The notes beneath the pieces were generated by a model, which saw only the letters and a program-made list of their open reading frames with translations, did no database searches and was not told the origin of the DNA. The translations under genes were made by a program, and so were the position numbers. Positions 1 to 9,387 of a stretch of DNA of 64,000 bases are shown in pieces. This DNA comes from an uncultured Gemmatimonadales bacterium. Lineage in GTDB: Bacteria > Gemmatimonadota > Gemmatimonadetes > Longimicrobiales > RSA9. Position 1 is the stretch's first letter. The number at the start of each line of letters is the position of its first letter. The stretch lies in NCBI GenBank assembly GCA_963783305.1, contig CAWAMW010000002.1, positions 32,001-96,000 on the forward strand, given 5' to 3'.

Positions 1-290
1 CGGGCGGCAAACGCCACGGCCTGCGCGTGGTTGCCGCTGGAGTAGGTCACGACCCCGCGCGCCCGCTCCTCCTCCGTCAGCCGCGCCACCATCGTGTACG
101 CGCCCCGCAGCTTGAACGCTCCAATGGGCTGGAACGACTCGCACTTGAGTCGCACCTCGACCCCCAGCTCCTCCGTCAGCCAGGCTGAAGGCAGGAGCGG
201 CGTGCGCACGGCCACACCCTCCAACCCGCGCGCCGCGTCCCGGACCGACTGGGGCGAGATCAGCGACTCTACCGCGGAATCCGGGCTCAT
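1..290 (-). CDS. Threonine/serine dehydratase (PLP-dependent), 5' part; runs off the window
   Basis: Hand translation from ATG 290 (overlapping the gyrA stop, ATGA): [33 protein letters not shown]...[18 protein letters not shown]...[18 protein letters not shown]. Contains the fold-type II PLP lysine motif (GAFKLRG) and SSGNHAQ. Confidence 0.9.
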   Translation of the reverse strand, partial: MSPDSAVESLISPQSVRDAARGLEGVAVRTPLLPSAWLTEELGVEVRLKCESFQPIGAFKLRGAYTMVARLTEEERARGVVTYSSGNHAQAVAFAA

Positions 291-2887
291 CCGTCCAGCC
301 CTGGCTCGGCCTCCAGCGCCTCGGTCTCGTCCAGATCGGCGCCAGCCGGCTCCTCCTCGGGAGTGGCGTCGGCATCAACGGTCATCACATCCTCGCCGTC
401 CAGGTCCTCCGAGCCGTCCTCTGGCACGAGACGGGCCACGTCCACAACCTCGTCCCCGTCATCCAGGCTGATCAGACGCACGCCCTGCGTGTTCCGACCG
501 ATGATCCGGATCTGGTCCACCGGCTGCCGGTTCACCACGCCGTGGCGGGTGATCATGACCAGCTCGTCGCCCGGCACGGTGCCCTTGATGGAAACCACCT
601 TTCCGGTCTTCGCGGTGGTGCGAACGTTGATCACGCCCTTCCCGCCCCGGCCCTGAAGACGGTAGTGGTCCATCAGGCTGCGCTTCCCGAGACCCTTCTC
701 CGTCACCACCAGGAGCGTCGGGTCGATGGGCTCTCCGTTCTCGTCCGCGGGCGCGTCATGACGACGGACGACCATGCCCACCACGTAGTCGTCGCCCTGG
801 AGCCGGATCCCGCGGACACCGCGGGCGACCCGGCCGATCCGCCGGGCGTCCTTCTCCTTGAACCGGATGGCCATCCCCTCGTGCGTGGCCAGCAGCACCT
901 CGTCCTCGCCCGAGGTGACCTGGACGTCGATCAGTTGATCATCGTCGTCGATATTGATGGCGTTGACCCCCGTCACCCGGATATGGCTGTAGTCGCTGAG
1001 CGCGCTCTTCTTCACCACGCCCTTCCGGGTGGCGAACATGAGGTTCAGGTCCTCACTGAACTCCCGCACGGGGACCACCGATGCCACCTCCTCCTCCTGC
1101 TCCACCTGGAGCAGGTTGACGATCGGCTTGCCCCGCGCGGCGCGACCCGCCTGCGGGATCTGATGGACCTTGAGCCAGTAGCAGCGGCCCTGGCGAGTGA
1201 AGACCATGAGGTAGTCGTGAGTCTGCGCCACGAACAGGTGCTCCACCCAGTCCTCGTCCTTCGTGTTCATCCCCATGAGGCCCCGGCCGCCGCGCCGCTG
1301 CGTCCGGTACGTGTCCACCGGCAGCCGCTTCACGTAGCCCGTATGCGAGATCGTCACGACCATGGGCTCGTCGGGGATCAGGTCCTCGATGCTCAGGTCA
1401 CTGGTCTCGCCCACCAGCCGAGTGCGGCGCTCATCGCCGTACTTGTCGGAGATCTCCTGCAGCTCGTCCTTGATGATCTGGTACCGGCGCGCCTCGTTGG
1501 AGAGGATGTCCTCCAGGTCCTCGATCGTGGCGAGTACCTGGTCGATTTCCTCCTGCAGCTTCTCGATCTCGAGACCGGTCAGTCGAGCGAGCCGCATGTC
1601 GAGAATGGCGCGGGCCTGGAGCTCGGATAGATCGAACTCGACCATGAGCGACCCGCGGGCTTCCTCCGTATCGCTGGAGGCCCGGATGATCTCGACCACC
1701 CGGTCGATGTGGTCCACGGCGACCTTCAGGCCCTGGAGGATATGCTCCCGGTCCTTTGCCGCCTTCAGGTCGTACTCGCTCCGCCGCACCACCACCGTAT
1801 GGCGGTGCTCGATGAAATGGCTCAGCAGCTGCTTCAGGTTCATCACCCTCGGCACGCCGTTGTCCAGTGCGAGCATGATGACGCCGAACGTCGACTGCAT
1901 CTGCGTGTGCTTGAACAGCTGGTTCAGCACGATGTACGGGATGGCGTCCCGCTTCAGCTCGATGACGACCCGCATGCCGTCGCGGTCGCTCTCATCGCGG
2001 AGGTCGCGGATCTGCGTGATCTTCTTCTCGCGCACCAGCCCCGCGATCTGCTCGATCATCCGGGACTTGTTCACCATGTACGGGATCTCGTGGACGATGA
2101 TGCGGGCGCTCCCGTCATCCTCCTCCTCGATCTCCGCGTGCGCCCGCATGATCAGCCGCCCGCGCCCCGTCTCGTACGCCTCCCGGATGCCGTCACGGCC
2201 GTGGATGAAGCCGCCGGTGGGCAGGTCCGGGCCCTGGATGTGGGTCATGAGACCGGACACGTCCATGTCGGGGTCGTCGATCAGCGCCTTCGTGGCCGCC
2301 ACCACCTCACGGAGGTTGTGGGGCGGGATGTTGGTGGCCATCCCCACGGCGATCCCGGTGGTGCCGTTGATCAGCAGGTTCGGCAGCCTCGACGGCAGGA
2401 CCCGCGGCTCCTGCCGCTGGTTGTCGAAGGTGTCGGTGAACGCGACGGTCTCCTTGTCGATGTCCGCCAGGAGCTCCTGCGCGATCGCCTGCAGCCGGGC
2501 CTCCGTGTACCGGTAGGCGGCGGCGTTGTCGCCATCGATGCTGCCGAAGTTGCCCTGCCCGTCCACCAGCGGGTAGCGCAGGCTGAACGGCTGGACCATC
2601 CGGACCATGGCGTCGTAGACCGCGGAGTCGCCGTGCGGGTGGTATTTACCCAGCACCTCACCCACCACGTTCGCGCTCTTCTTGTACGGCCGCGTCGGTC
2701 CGAGACCGATGTCGCTCATGGCGTACAGGATCCGGCGGTGCACCGGCTTCAGGCCGTCCCGCACATCGGGCAGCGCCCGCTGCACGATCACGCTCATGGA
2801 ATAGTCCAGGAAGGAGTCCCGCATCTCCTCTTCGATCAGACGCGGGAGCACTCTCTGAGTCGTACCGGGGGTCTCCGGTGTGTCCAT
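287..2887 (-). CDS. gyrA: DNA gyrase subunit A
   Basis: [23 protein letters not shown], catalytic AAAYRYTE, GyrA-box QRRGGRG, C-terminal pinwheel repeats and acidic tail. Confidence 0.98.
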   Translation of the reverse strand: MDTPETPGTTQRVLPRLIEEEMRDSFLDYSMSVIVQRALPDVRDGLKPVHRRILYAMSDIGLGPTRPYKKSANVVGEVLGKYHPHGDSAVYDAMVRMVQPFSLRYPLVDGQGNFGSIDGDNAAAYRYTEARLQAIAQELLADIDKETVAFTDTFDNQRQEPRVLPSRLPNLLINGTTGIAVGMATNIPPHNLREVVAATKALIDDPDMDVSGLMTHIQGPDLPTGGFIHGRDGIREAYETGRGRLIMRAHAEIEEEDDGSARIIVHEIPYMVNKSRMIEQIAGLVREKKITQIRDLRDESDRDGMRVVIELKRDAIPYIVLNQLFKHTQMQSTFGVIMLALDNGVPRVMNLKQLLSHFIEHRHTVVVRRSEYDLKAAKDREHILQGLKVAVDHIDRVVEIIRASSDTEEARGSLMVEFDLSELQARAILDMRLARLTGLEIEKLQEEIDQVLATIEDLEDILSNEARRYQIIKDELQEISDKYGDERRTRLVGETSDLSIEDLIPDEPMVVTISHTGYVKRLPVDTYRTQRRGGRGLMGMNTKDEDWVEHLFVAQTHDYLMVFTRQGRCYWLKVHQIPQAGRAARGKPIVNLLQVEQEEEVASVVPVREFSEDLNLMFATRKGVVKKSALSDYSHIRVTGVNAINIDDDDQLIDVQVTSGEDEVLLATHEGMAIRFKEKDARRIGRVARGVRGIRLQGDDYVVGMVVRRHDAPADENGEPIDPTLLVVTEKGLGKRSLMDHYRLQGRGGKGVINVRTTAKTGKVVSIKGTVPGDELVMITRHGVVNRQPVDQIRIIGRNTQGVRLISLDDGDEVVDVARLVPEDGSEDLDGEDVMTVDADATPEEEPAGADLDETEALEAEPGLDG

Positions 2888-3172
2888 CTGCAGTCGCTTT
2901 TTCTGTTGGATCTGGATCGGAGCGGCCGAGCGGCCAAATATCCGTTGAATTTACTAGGACATCGGGTGTTTTGCGAGTCAGGGTTTGCTACCCGGGAGGG
3001 GGGCGGGTGTTTCACGTGCGCGGGTGCGCGGGTGGCTCGGCGCGCCTCGCCGGGTGAAGTGTGGCGGCGCGGTGGCGCTGCCCGGGCGGGAGCGGGCACT
3101 GACACGGTTCGGGCACGATTCTTCCCTTTCTCGCCGCCGACCGGAGTCACAACTCCCCCCAGAGGAACGCGA

Positions 3173-4018
3173 ATGCCGATCACCGACATGCTGCCGTCCG
3201 GAGGGCGCGGATGGCGCCGCTGGGCCTTCGCCGCGGCGTCGATCCTGGTCCACGCCGCGCTCCTCGCCGCGCTCGTGGTCTCCACCCAGGCGGAGGAGGA
3301 GCCGCTGGAGGACGAGGGCGAAGAGGAGGTCACGTTCGTCGACATCCGACAGTTCGCGCCCCCGCCCCCACCCGCCCCGAGCTCGGCGCCCCAGCAGCCG
3401 GACCCCACACCCACGCAGCCGCAGACGCGACCGGAGCCGACGCCACAGCGCCCGGAGCCCCGGCCCCGGACGCCACCTCGAGCGACCGACATCGTGGAGC
3501 CGGTAGACTCGATACCCGACGAGCCGCTGGGCGAGACGCCGCCCCCGGCAGCGCCGCGGATCGAGCAGTCGGTGCAGACCGGTGCGGGGGCGCCCACGAG
3601 GGCGACGGGCGCCGAGGCTGGTGGTGTCGCGGGCGGTGTGGAGGGGGGGAAGGTCGGAGGCGTGGTGGGAGGACAGGGTGAGGAGGTCCCGGAGGAGGGC
3701 GGGACGTTCATCGCGGCGGTGGTGGATCGTCAGGCGGAGCTCACCAACCGGCGCGACCTGGCGCGGCTGATGACGCGGCTCTATCCGAGCGCGCTGCAGG
3801 ACATGGGCGTGGGCGGACGGGTCGTGGTGCAGTTCGTCGTGGGCACCAACGGCAGGATCGACATGGGGACCGTGAAGATCCTCTCCGCGAGCGATGACCA
3901 GTTCGCGGAGCCAACGCGGCAGGCGCTCCGGGAGTTCCGGTTCCGCCCCGCCAGGGTGGACGACAGGAACGTCCGGATGCTGACGCAGATGCCCATTGTT
4001 TGGGAAGTGGATGGCTGA
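3173..4018 (+). CDS. tonB: Energy transducer TonB family protein
   Basis: ATG 3173 after AGAGGA. N-terminal TM with S/H motif (ASILVHAALL), Pro-rich linker, TonB_C domain (YPSALQDMGVGGRVVVQFVVGTNG...FRFRPA). Confidence 0.88.
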   Translation: MPITDMLPSGGRGWRRWAFAAASILVHAALLAALVVSTQAEEEPLEDEGEEEVTFVDIRQFAPPPPPAPSSAPQQPDPTPTQPQTRPEPTPQRPEPRPRTPPRATDIVEPVDSIPDEPLGETPPPAAPRIEQSVQTGAGAPTRATGAEAGGVAGGVEGGKVGGVVGGQGEEVPEEGGTFIAAVVDRQAELTNRRDLARLMTRLYPSALQDMGVGGRVVVQFVVGTNGRIDMGTVKILSASDDQFAEPTRQALREFRFRPARVDDRNVRMLTQMPIVWEVDG

Positions 4019-4136
4019 CGGATCGACGGACGGAGCGGCGGAGGGATCGCCGAGCCGCTGAAACGGAAGCAAGACGCGGGGAGAGCCGCCAGAGCGGCAT
4101 CGCCGGAAACGGGACCGGAATCAGGGAGCGGGGCCA

Positions 4137-4853
4137 ATGGGATTGTCACTGGGTGAAATGTGGCTGCAGATGGGGTGGTTCGTCCGCGGCATCGTGATCG
4201 TCATGATCGGGATGAGCGTGGTGACGTTGTCGGTGTCGCTGGCCAAGTGGTGGCGGCTCCGGAAGCTGGAGCGTGCGACGAAGCGATTCGAGCCGGAGTT
4301 CGCCGCCGCCCGGGAGGCGGACGACCTGGGTCGGGCGCTGCGGGTGACGGACGAGCACCCGGAATCGCATGTGGCAGCGGTGCTGGGCGAGGCGTTGCGG
4401 GAGGTCATCCCGCTGCTGAAGCGGCAGGAGCTCGCGGGGGCCGCCATCACCTCCGCGGAGCGGGCCGTGGAGAGGGAGCAGATCATGCTCTCGGCGGACC
4501 TGAAGAAGGGGCTCGGGATCCTGGCAACCATCGGCGCCACGGCGCCCTTTGTGGGGCTCCTCGGCACGGTGATCGGGATCGTGAACTCGTTCCAGGCAAT
4601 CGCCGAAAGCGGGGGCGGCGGCCTCGAGGCCGTGAGCGCCGGGATCGCCGAAGCGCTCATCGCCACCGCCATCGGCTTGCTGGCCGCGATCCCGGCGGTG
4701 TGGCTCTACAACTACTTCACCGCGCGCCTCGAGACCGTCTTCAGCCGACTCGCCTACACGGGCCGTGAGACCATCGACTGGCTCATGCGAAGGGAGGCGC
4801 TCCGCGGCGGCCTCGGCCCCACGACGCCGGACGCCACCGCCGCCGCGGGCTGA
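4137..4853 (+). CDS. exbB: MotA/TolQ/ExbB proton channel protein
   Basis: LATIGATAPFVGLLGTVIGI...AGIAEALIATAIGLLAAIPA motifs. Confidence 0.93.
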   Translation: MGLSLGEMWLQMGWFVRGIVIVMIGMSVVTLSVSLAKWWRLRKLERATKRFEPEFAAAREADDLGRALRVTDEHPESHVAAVLGEALREVIPLLKRQELAGAAITSAERAVEREQIMLSADLKKGLGILATIGATAPFVGLLGTVIGIVNSFQAIAESGGGGLEAVSAGIAEALIATAIGLLAAIPAVWLYNYFTARLETVFSRLAYTGRETIDWLMRREALRGGLGPTTPDATAAAG

Positions 4854-4856
4854 CCC

Positions 4857-5366
4857 ATGGCCATCAGCGCACGCACCCCCATCGCGGGCGGCGGCTCCGC
4901 GATCCCTGAGATCCCCGGGATTGCCGGGGACGGGCTGTCCGCTCAGATCAACGTGACTCCGATGATCGATGTCATGCTGGTGCTGCTGATCATTTTCATG
5001 GTGGTCACACCCATCCTGACGCAGTACGAGGCGACGCCGCCCACGGCGCTCACCGCCCGGCCGGAGCCGGATGACGACATCGTGACCCTCGGGATCGACA
5101 CGGAGGGAGCGTTCTTCGTGGAGAACGTGGCGGTGGCGGACGCCGGACTGGCGGCGCGGCTGCGGCAGGCGGTTGCGGCCCAGCCGGAGGGCGAGCGGCT
5201 GCTCTACCTGCGCGCGGACCGCGGCGTCTCGTACGCACGGGTCCTCGACGCGCTGGAGGCGGCGAGCAGCGCGGGCGTCACGACCATTGGCGCCATCACG
5301 GTGCCCCTGGAGGAAGAGACGTCGGAGGGCGCTCGGTCGGCCGCCGCCACTGGCGGGGGTCGCTGA
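4857..5366 (+). CDS. exbD: ExbD/TolR biopolymer transporter
   Basis: INVTPMIDVMLVLLIIFMV and LRADRGVSY motifs. Confidence 0.92.
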   Translation: MAISARTPIAGGGSAIPEIPGIAGDGLSAQINVTPMIDVMLVLLIIFMVVTPILTQYEATPPTALTARPEPDDDIVTLGIDTEGAFFVENVAVADAGLAARLRQAVAAQPEGERLLYLRADRGVSYARVLDALEAASSAGVTTIGAITVPLEEETSEGARSAAATGGGR

Positions 5367-5815
5367 TGGCGATGTCGTCGGGAGGGACGGGCCACGGCCC
5401 GCAGTCGGACATCAACATGACGCCAATGATCGACGTGCTGCTGGTGCTGCTGATCATCTTCCTGGTGATCCAGCCGGCGCTCCAGAAGGGCATCAAGGTG
5501 GAGGTCCCATCGGTGCGGCAGGCGGAGACGACGGAGCAGCCGGATCAGGTGGTGATGCGGGTGGGGCCCGGCCCCACCTATTTCGTGAACGGAACGCCCG
5601 TCGAGCGCGAGGAGATCGCGGCGGCGCTGGACGCGGCGCTGGAGGGCCACTCGGAGCGCGTCGTCTTCGTGAACGGGAGCGAGCAGATCACGTACGGCGA
5701 CGTGGTGCACGCCATGGACGCGGCGCGTACGGCGGAGATCGAGATGCTGGGGCTCCTGCCCAGGTCGCAGCTCCAGGAGCTGGACGACGCGGGCGCGGGC
5801 GCCCTGCCGGACTGA
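5366..5815 (+). CDS. exbD: ExbD/TolR biopolymer transporter (second copy)
   Basis: INMTPMIDVLLVLLIIFLV; TGATG coupling with the previous gene. Confidence 0.92.
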   Translation: MAMSSGGTGHGPQSDINMTPMIDVLLVLLIIFLVIQPALQKGIKVEVPSVRQAETTEQPDQVVMRVGPGPTYFVNGTPVEREEIAAALDAALEGHSERVVFVNGSEQITYGDVVHAMDAARTAEIEMLGLLPRSQLQELDDAGAGALPD

Positions 5816-5907
5816 CCGCGCCGCCACGCCGGGACTGGCGCGCGCCGTCGCGATCCGCGACACTGCGGCCCAGCAGCGACCCGGTCCCCAGAACACGCGA
5901 TACGACA

Positions 5908-8298
5908 ATGAAGCGTCTCCTCCTCCTGGCCCTCTCCATGACACTGCCGGCGTGCGCCAGCACCGGCATCGGGATCCCGGTGGACCCCATGGTCCCCCCC
6001 GGCGGCATCGCGTACGACGACGACCCCGCGGAGCCCAGGCTCACCGACCTCCGGCGGCTGACCAACGCCGGCCAGAACGCCGAGGCCTACTTCAACGCCG
6101 CGGGCGACCGGCTGATCTTCCAGTCGACCATGCCCGGCGTCACCGAGTGCGACCAGCAGTTCGTCATGGACCTGGACGGCCAGAACCTGGAGAGGGTATC
6201 CACCGGCGCGGGCCGCACCACGTGCGGCTACTTCTATCAGGGGGGTGAGCGGATCGTGTACAGCTCGACCCACCGCGTTGGGGACACGTGCCCGGCCGAG
6301 CCCGACTACTCCCTGGGGTACGTCTGGGCGCTCTACGACTACGACATCTATACCGCCACCGACGACGGCGGAGATCTCACGCGCATCTTCGGATCCCCCG
6401 TGTACGACGCCGAGGCCACGCTGGCCCCGGGCGGCGAGACGATCGTGTTCACGTCGGCCCGCGACGGGGACCTGGACATCTACACCATGAAGACCGACGG
6501 CTCCGACGTGCGGAAGCTGACCGACGAGCTGGGCTACGACGGCGGCCCGTTCTTCAACGGTGATGGGACGAAGATCGTCTACCGCGCCCACCACCCCACC
6601 GACCCGGCCGCGATCGCCGACTACCAGCGGCTCCTGGGCGAGGGCCTGATCCGGCCCACCACGCTCGACATCTGGGTCATGGACGCCGACGGCTCCAACA
6701 AGACCCGGCTGACGAACAACGGCGCCGCCAACTTCGGCCCCTACTTCCACCCATCCGACGACCGGGTGATCTTCAGCAGCAACATGCACGACCCGCGCGG
6801 CCGCGATTTCGACCTCTACCTCATCGGCACCGACGGCTCGGGCCTGGAGCGCGTCACCGTGTACCCGGAGTTCGACGGGTTCCCCATGTTCAACCCCGCC
6901 GACCCCACCTCCTTCGTGTTCGCGTCCAACCGGGGCGGGAGCGTGGAGGGGGAGACCAACGTGTACATGGCCGACTGGGTGGAGGACGTTCCGCCCGTCC
7001 AGCTCACGGCCCCCGTGTACGGGGCCGGCGATCCGGCGCCCGCGGCCCACGCGGCGGCCGGCGTAACGGTGGACACCACTCGCCTCGTGACCTGTCCCGC
7101 GTTCGACCCCCAGGATCTGGGAGACGACCTCCTGGGGCACACGGGGCGCTACCTCTCCGCCGACGCGCTCGAGGGCCGGCTGGCCGGGAGCGCCGGCGCG
7201 GCGTGCGCCGCGTCCTACATCGCGTACGCATTCCGGCGGCTGGGGCTCTCGCCGGCGGGCGAGGACGGCTACTTCCAGCCGGTGCCGCTGGCGAGCGTCG
7301 CCAACCCGCACGCGCCCGGCGGGACGGGCCGCAACGTCCTCGGCATCCTGCCGGGCACGGACCGGAGCCTCCGCGACGAGTATATCGTCATCGGGGCGCA
7401 CTTCGACCACCTGGGCATGGGCGGCATGAACTCGCTGGCCGCCGGCGTCTCTGCGGTCCACAACGGCGCGGATGACAACGCAAGCGGTGTGGCCGCGCTG
7501 CTGAAGGTTGCCGAGGAGCTGGCGGTGGGGCCGAGGTCGAGCCGCCCGGTCGTGTTCATGGCGTTCACCGGCGAGGAGAGCGGGCTGCTCGGGTCGTCGC
7601 ACTGGATCAAGAACCCCACCGTGCCGCTGGAGAACGTCACGGCCATGCTGAACATGGACATGGTGGGGCGGCTGGCCGAGAACGGCCTGGTCGTCTACGG
7701 CACCGGCACCGCGGCGGAGTGGGAGCAGATCGTCGCGCCGGAGCTCGAGCGGCTGAAGGTCTGGAAGTCGAGCTACATCCCGGACGGCTACGGCGCGAGC
7801 GACCAGACCGCCTTCTACATGCGCGACATCCCGGTGCTGCACTTCTTCACGAACACCCATTCCGACTACCACCGGCCGTCGGATGACTGGGACCTCATCG
7901 ACGAGGCCGGGATCGCGACGGTCGCCGACGTGGTCGCGGCGGTGGCGCGGCGGGTGGGGAGCGACGATCGGATGGCGGTGATCCCGGACGTGGGCGCGCC
8001 GGACCCGGCCGCCGCCGCGTCCGCGAGCCCCGGCTACGGCGCCTACCTGGGCACGATCCCCGACTTCTCGCCGGTGGAGTACGGCGTTCTCCTGGGCGGC
8101 GTCCGCGAGGGCTCGCCCGCCGACCTGGCCGGGCTGGAGCGGGGAGACGTCATCGTGGCCATGGACGATACGGAGATCGCCGACCTCTACGCCCTCACGG
8201 ACGCGCTCCGCGCCCACCGCCCGGGCGACACGGTCACCCTCGAGTGGCTGCGCGGTGAGGAGCGGATGAGCGGTACGACCACGCTCGGCTCGCGCTGA
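5908..8298 (+). CDS. Lipoprotein: TolB-like (PD40) beta-propeller + M28 metallopeptidase + PDZ
   Basis: Start MKRLLLLALSMTLPAC (lipobox-like). PD40 repeats (YDAEATLAPGG..IVFTS.RDGDLDIY; GYDGGPFF). M28 ligands GAHFDHLG, GADDNASG, FTGEESGLLGS, NMDMVG, DYH. C-terminal PDZ (YLGTIPD...GSPADLAGL). Confidence 0.88.
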   Translation: MKRLLLLALSMTLPACASTGIGIPVDPMVPPGGIAYDDDPAEPRLTDLRRLTNAGQNAEAYFNAAGDRLIFQSTMPGVTECDQQFVMDLDGQNLERVSTGAGRTTCGYFYQGGERIVYSSTHRVGDTCPAEPDYSLGYVWALYDYDIYTATDDGGDLTRIFGSPVYDAEATLAPGGETIVFTSARDGDLDIYTMKTDGSDVRKLTDELGYDGGPFFNGDGTKIVYRAHHPTDPAAIADYQRLLGEGLIRPTTLDIWVMDADGSNKTRLTNNGAANFGPYFHPSDDRVIFSSNMHDPRGRDFDLYLIGTDGSGLERVTVYPEFDGFPMFNPADPTSFVFASNRGGSVEGETNVYMADWVEDVPPVQLTAPVYGAGDPAPAAHAAAGVTVDTTRLVTCPAFDPQDLGDDLLGHTGRYLSADALEGRLAGSAGAACAASYIAYAFRRLGLSPAGEDGYFQPVPLASVANPHAPGGTGRNVLGILPGTDRSLRDEYIVIGAHFDHLGMGGMNSLAAGVSAVHNGADDNASGVAALLKVAEELAVGPRSSRPVVFMAFTGEESGLLGSSHWIKNPTVPLENVTAMLNMDMVGRLAENGLVVYGTGTAAEWEQIVAPELERLKVWKSSYIPDGYGASDQTAFYMRDIPVLHFFTNTHSDYHRPSDDWDLIDEAGIATVADVVAAVARRVGSDDRMAVIPDVGAPDPAAAASASPGYGAYLGTIPDFSPVEYGVLLGGVREGSPADLAGLERGDVIVAMDDTEIADLYALTDALRAHRPGDTVTLEWLRGEERMSGTTTLGSR

Positions 8299-8327
8299 CC
8301 GGCCGGGCACCGCCCGCCCCACCGCAC

Positions 8328-8357
8328 GAGGGGAGCCGCGCCGGCGCGGCTCCCCTC
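8328..8357. terminator. GC-rich hairpin between convergent genes
   Basis: GAGGGGAGCCGCG-ccgg-CGCGGCTCCCCTC, perfect 13-bp stem. Confidence 0.6.
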
Positions 8358-9374
8358 TTACGCGATGGCGACGAAGTCCCTCATCTCCACCAGCCCCTGA
8401 CGGCGGCACTCCGCACGGATCTCCTCCCGCGCCCCCGGCTGCCCCACGGCGGCCAGGATGAGAGGGGAGTCCGGCCCCTCGATCAAAGCCGCCATTTGGC
8501 TCGGCGCCGCCACGGGAGCGCCGTGGATCTCCTGGCCGATGCGGTTCGGCGAGGCGTCGACGAACGCGGCGATTCGGGTGCCGGCGGCGGCGAGCGCACG
8601 GGCGAACGTCTTGCCGACGGGACCGGCGCCCACGATCACCGCTGGCCGACCCGCGGCGAGGAGCGTGCGTCGCAGGAAGAAGATCTTGATCCTCCGGAAC
8701 TCGGCGGGGTCGTAGCGCGCGTCCGTACGGGAGGCGCGGTCGGGGCTCTCCCGCCACTGGAGCAGCGTCTCGGGGACCTTGGTCATGCGGTATCCGGCGG
8801 CCCAGAGCCGGAGCACGACATCATAGTCCTCGGGCCAGCCGAGCTCACGGTACCCGCCGATCGCCAGCAGAACGTTCCTGCGGATCACGAGGGTGGGGTG
8901 CGGGATGGGGCACTCGACGAAGATGTCCCGGGCGATCTCGTCGTGGTCGACCAGCCCGTTCACCCAATGCTCGTAGCGTCGGGCGCCCGCGCGGACCTGG
9001 TCGGCCGGGAAGTAGCGGACCCTGGTGCCGCAGGCGGCGAGCGCGGGGTCGGCGTCCAGGAGCGCCACCTGCTTCTGCAGGCGGTCGGGGGCGGCGATGT
9101 CGTCGGCATCCATGCGGGCGATGATCTCGCCGCGGGCGCTGGCGAGCCCGGTGGCCAGCGCGGCCACGAGGCCGCGGCCGGGGGTCCGGAGCACGCGGAC
9201 CCGGGCGTCTAGCCGGGCCCACGTGTGGAGCAGGCCGAACGTATCGTCCCTGGAGCCATCGTCGACGGCCACCACCTCGAAGTCCGCGAACGTCTGCTCG
9301 CGGATCGAGGCGATGGCCGCTTCGAGATGCAGGGCCGCGTCGCGACACGGCATCAGCACGGTTACCCGGCTCAC
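8358..9374 (-). CDS. Glycosyltransferase family 2 with C-terminal Rossmann-like segment
   Basis: VLMPCRDA, VDDGSRD, ARMDADD (DxD), PEDYDVVLR; C-terminal IVGAGPVGK. Confidence 0.9.
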   Translation of the reverse strand: MSRVTVLMPCRDAALHLEAAIASIREQTFADFEVVAVDDGSRDDTFGLLHTWARLDARVRVLRTPGRGLVAALATGLASARGEIIARMDADDIAAPDRLQKQVALLDADPALAACGTRVRYFPADQVRAGARRYEHWVNGLVDHDEIARDIFVECPIPHPTLVIRRNVLLAIGGYRELGWPEDYDVVLRLWAAGYRMTKVPETLLQWRESPDRASRTDARYDPAEFRRIKIFFLRRTLLAAGRPAVIVGAGPVGKTFARALAAAGTRIAAFVDASPNRIGQEIHGAPVAAPSQMAALIEGPDSPLILAAVGQPGAREEIRAECRRQGLVEMRDFVAIA

Positions 9375-9387
9375 GCCGGTCGCCTTC

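Noticed and set aside
5578..8757. Long antisense ORFs (this one, and 41710-44595, 45183-47201, 59661-61466, 13127-15364)
   Set aside because: Shadow frames of well-supported genes in high-GC DNA, with no recognisable motifs.
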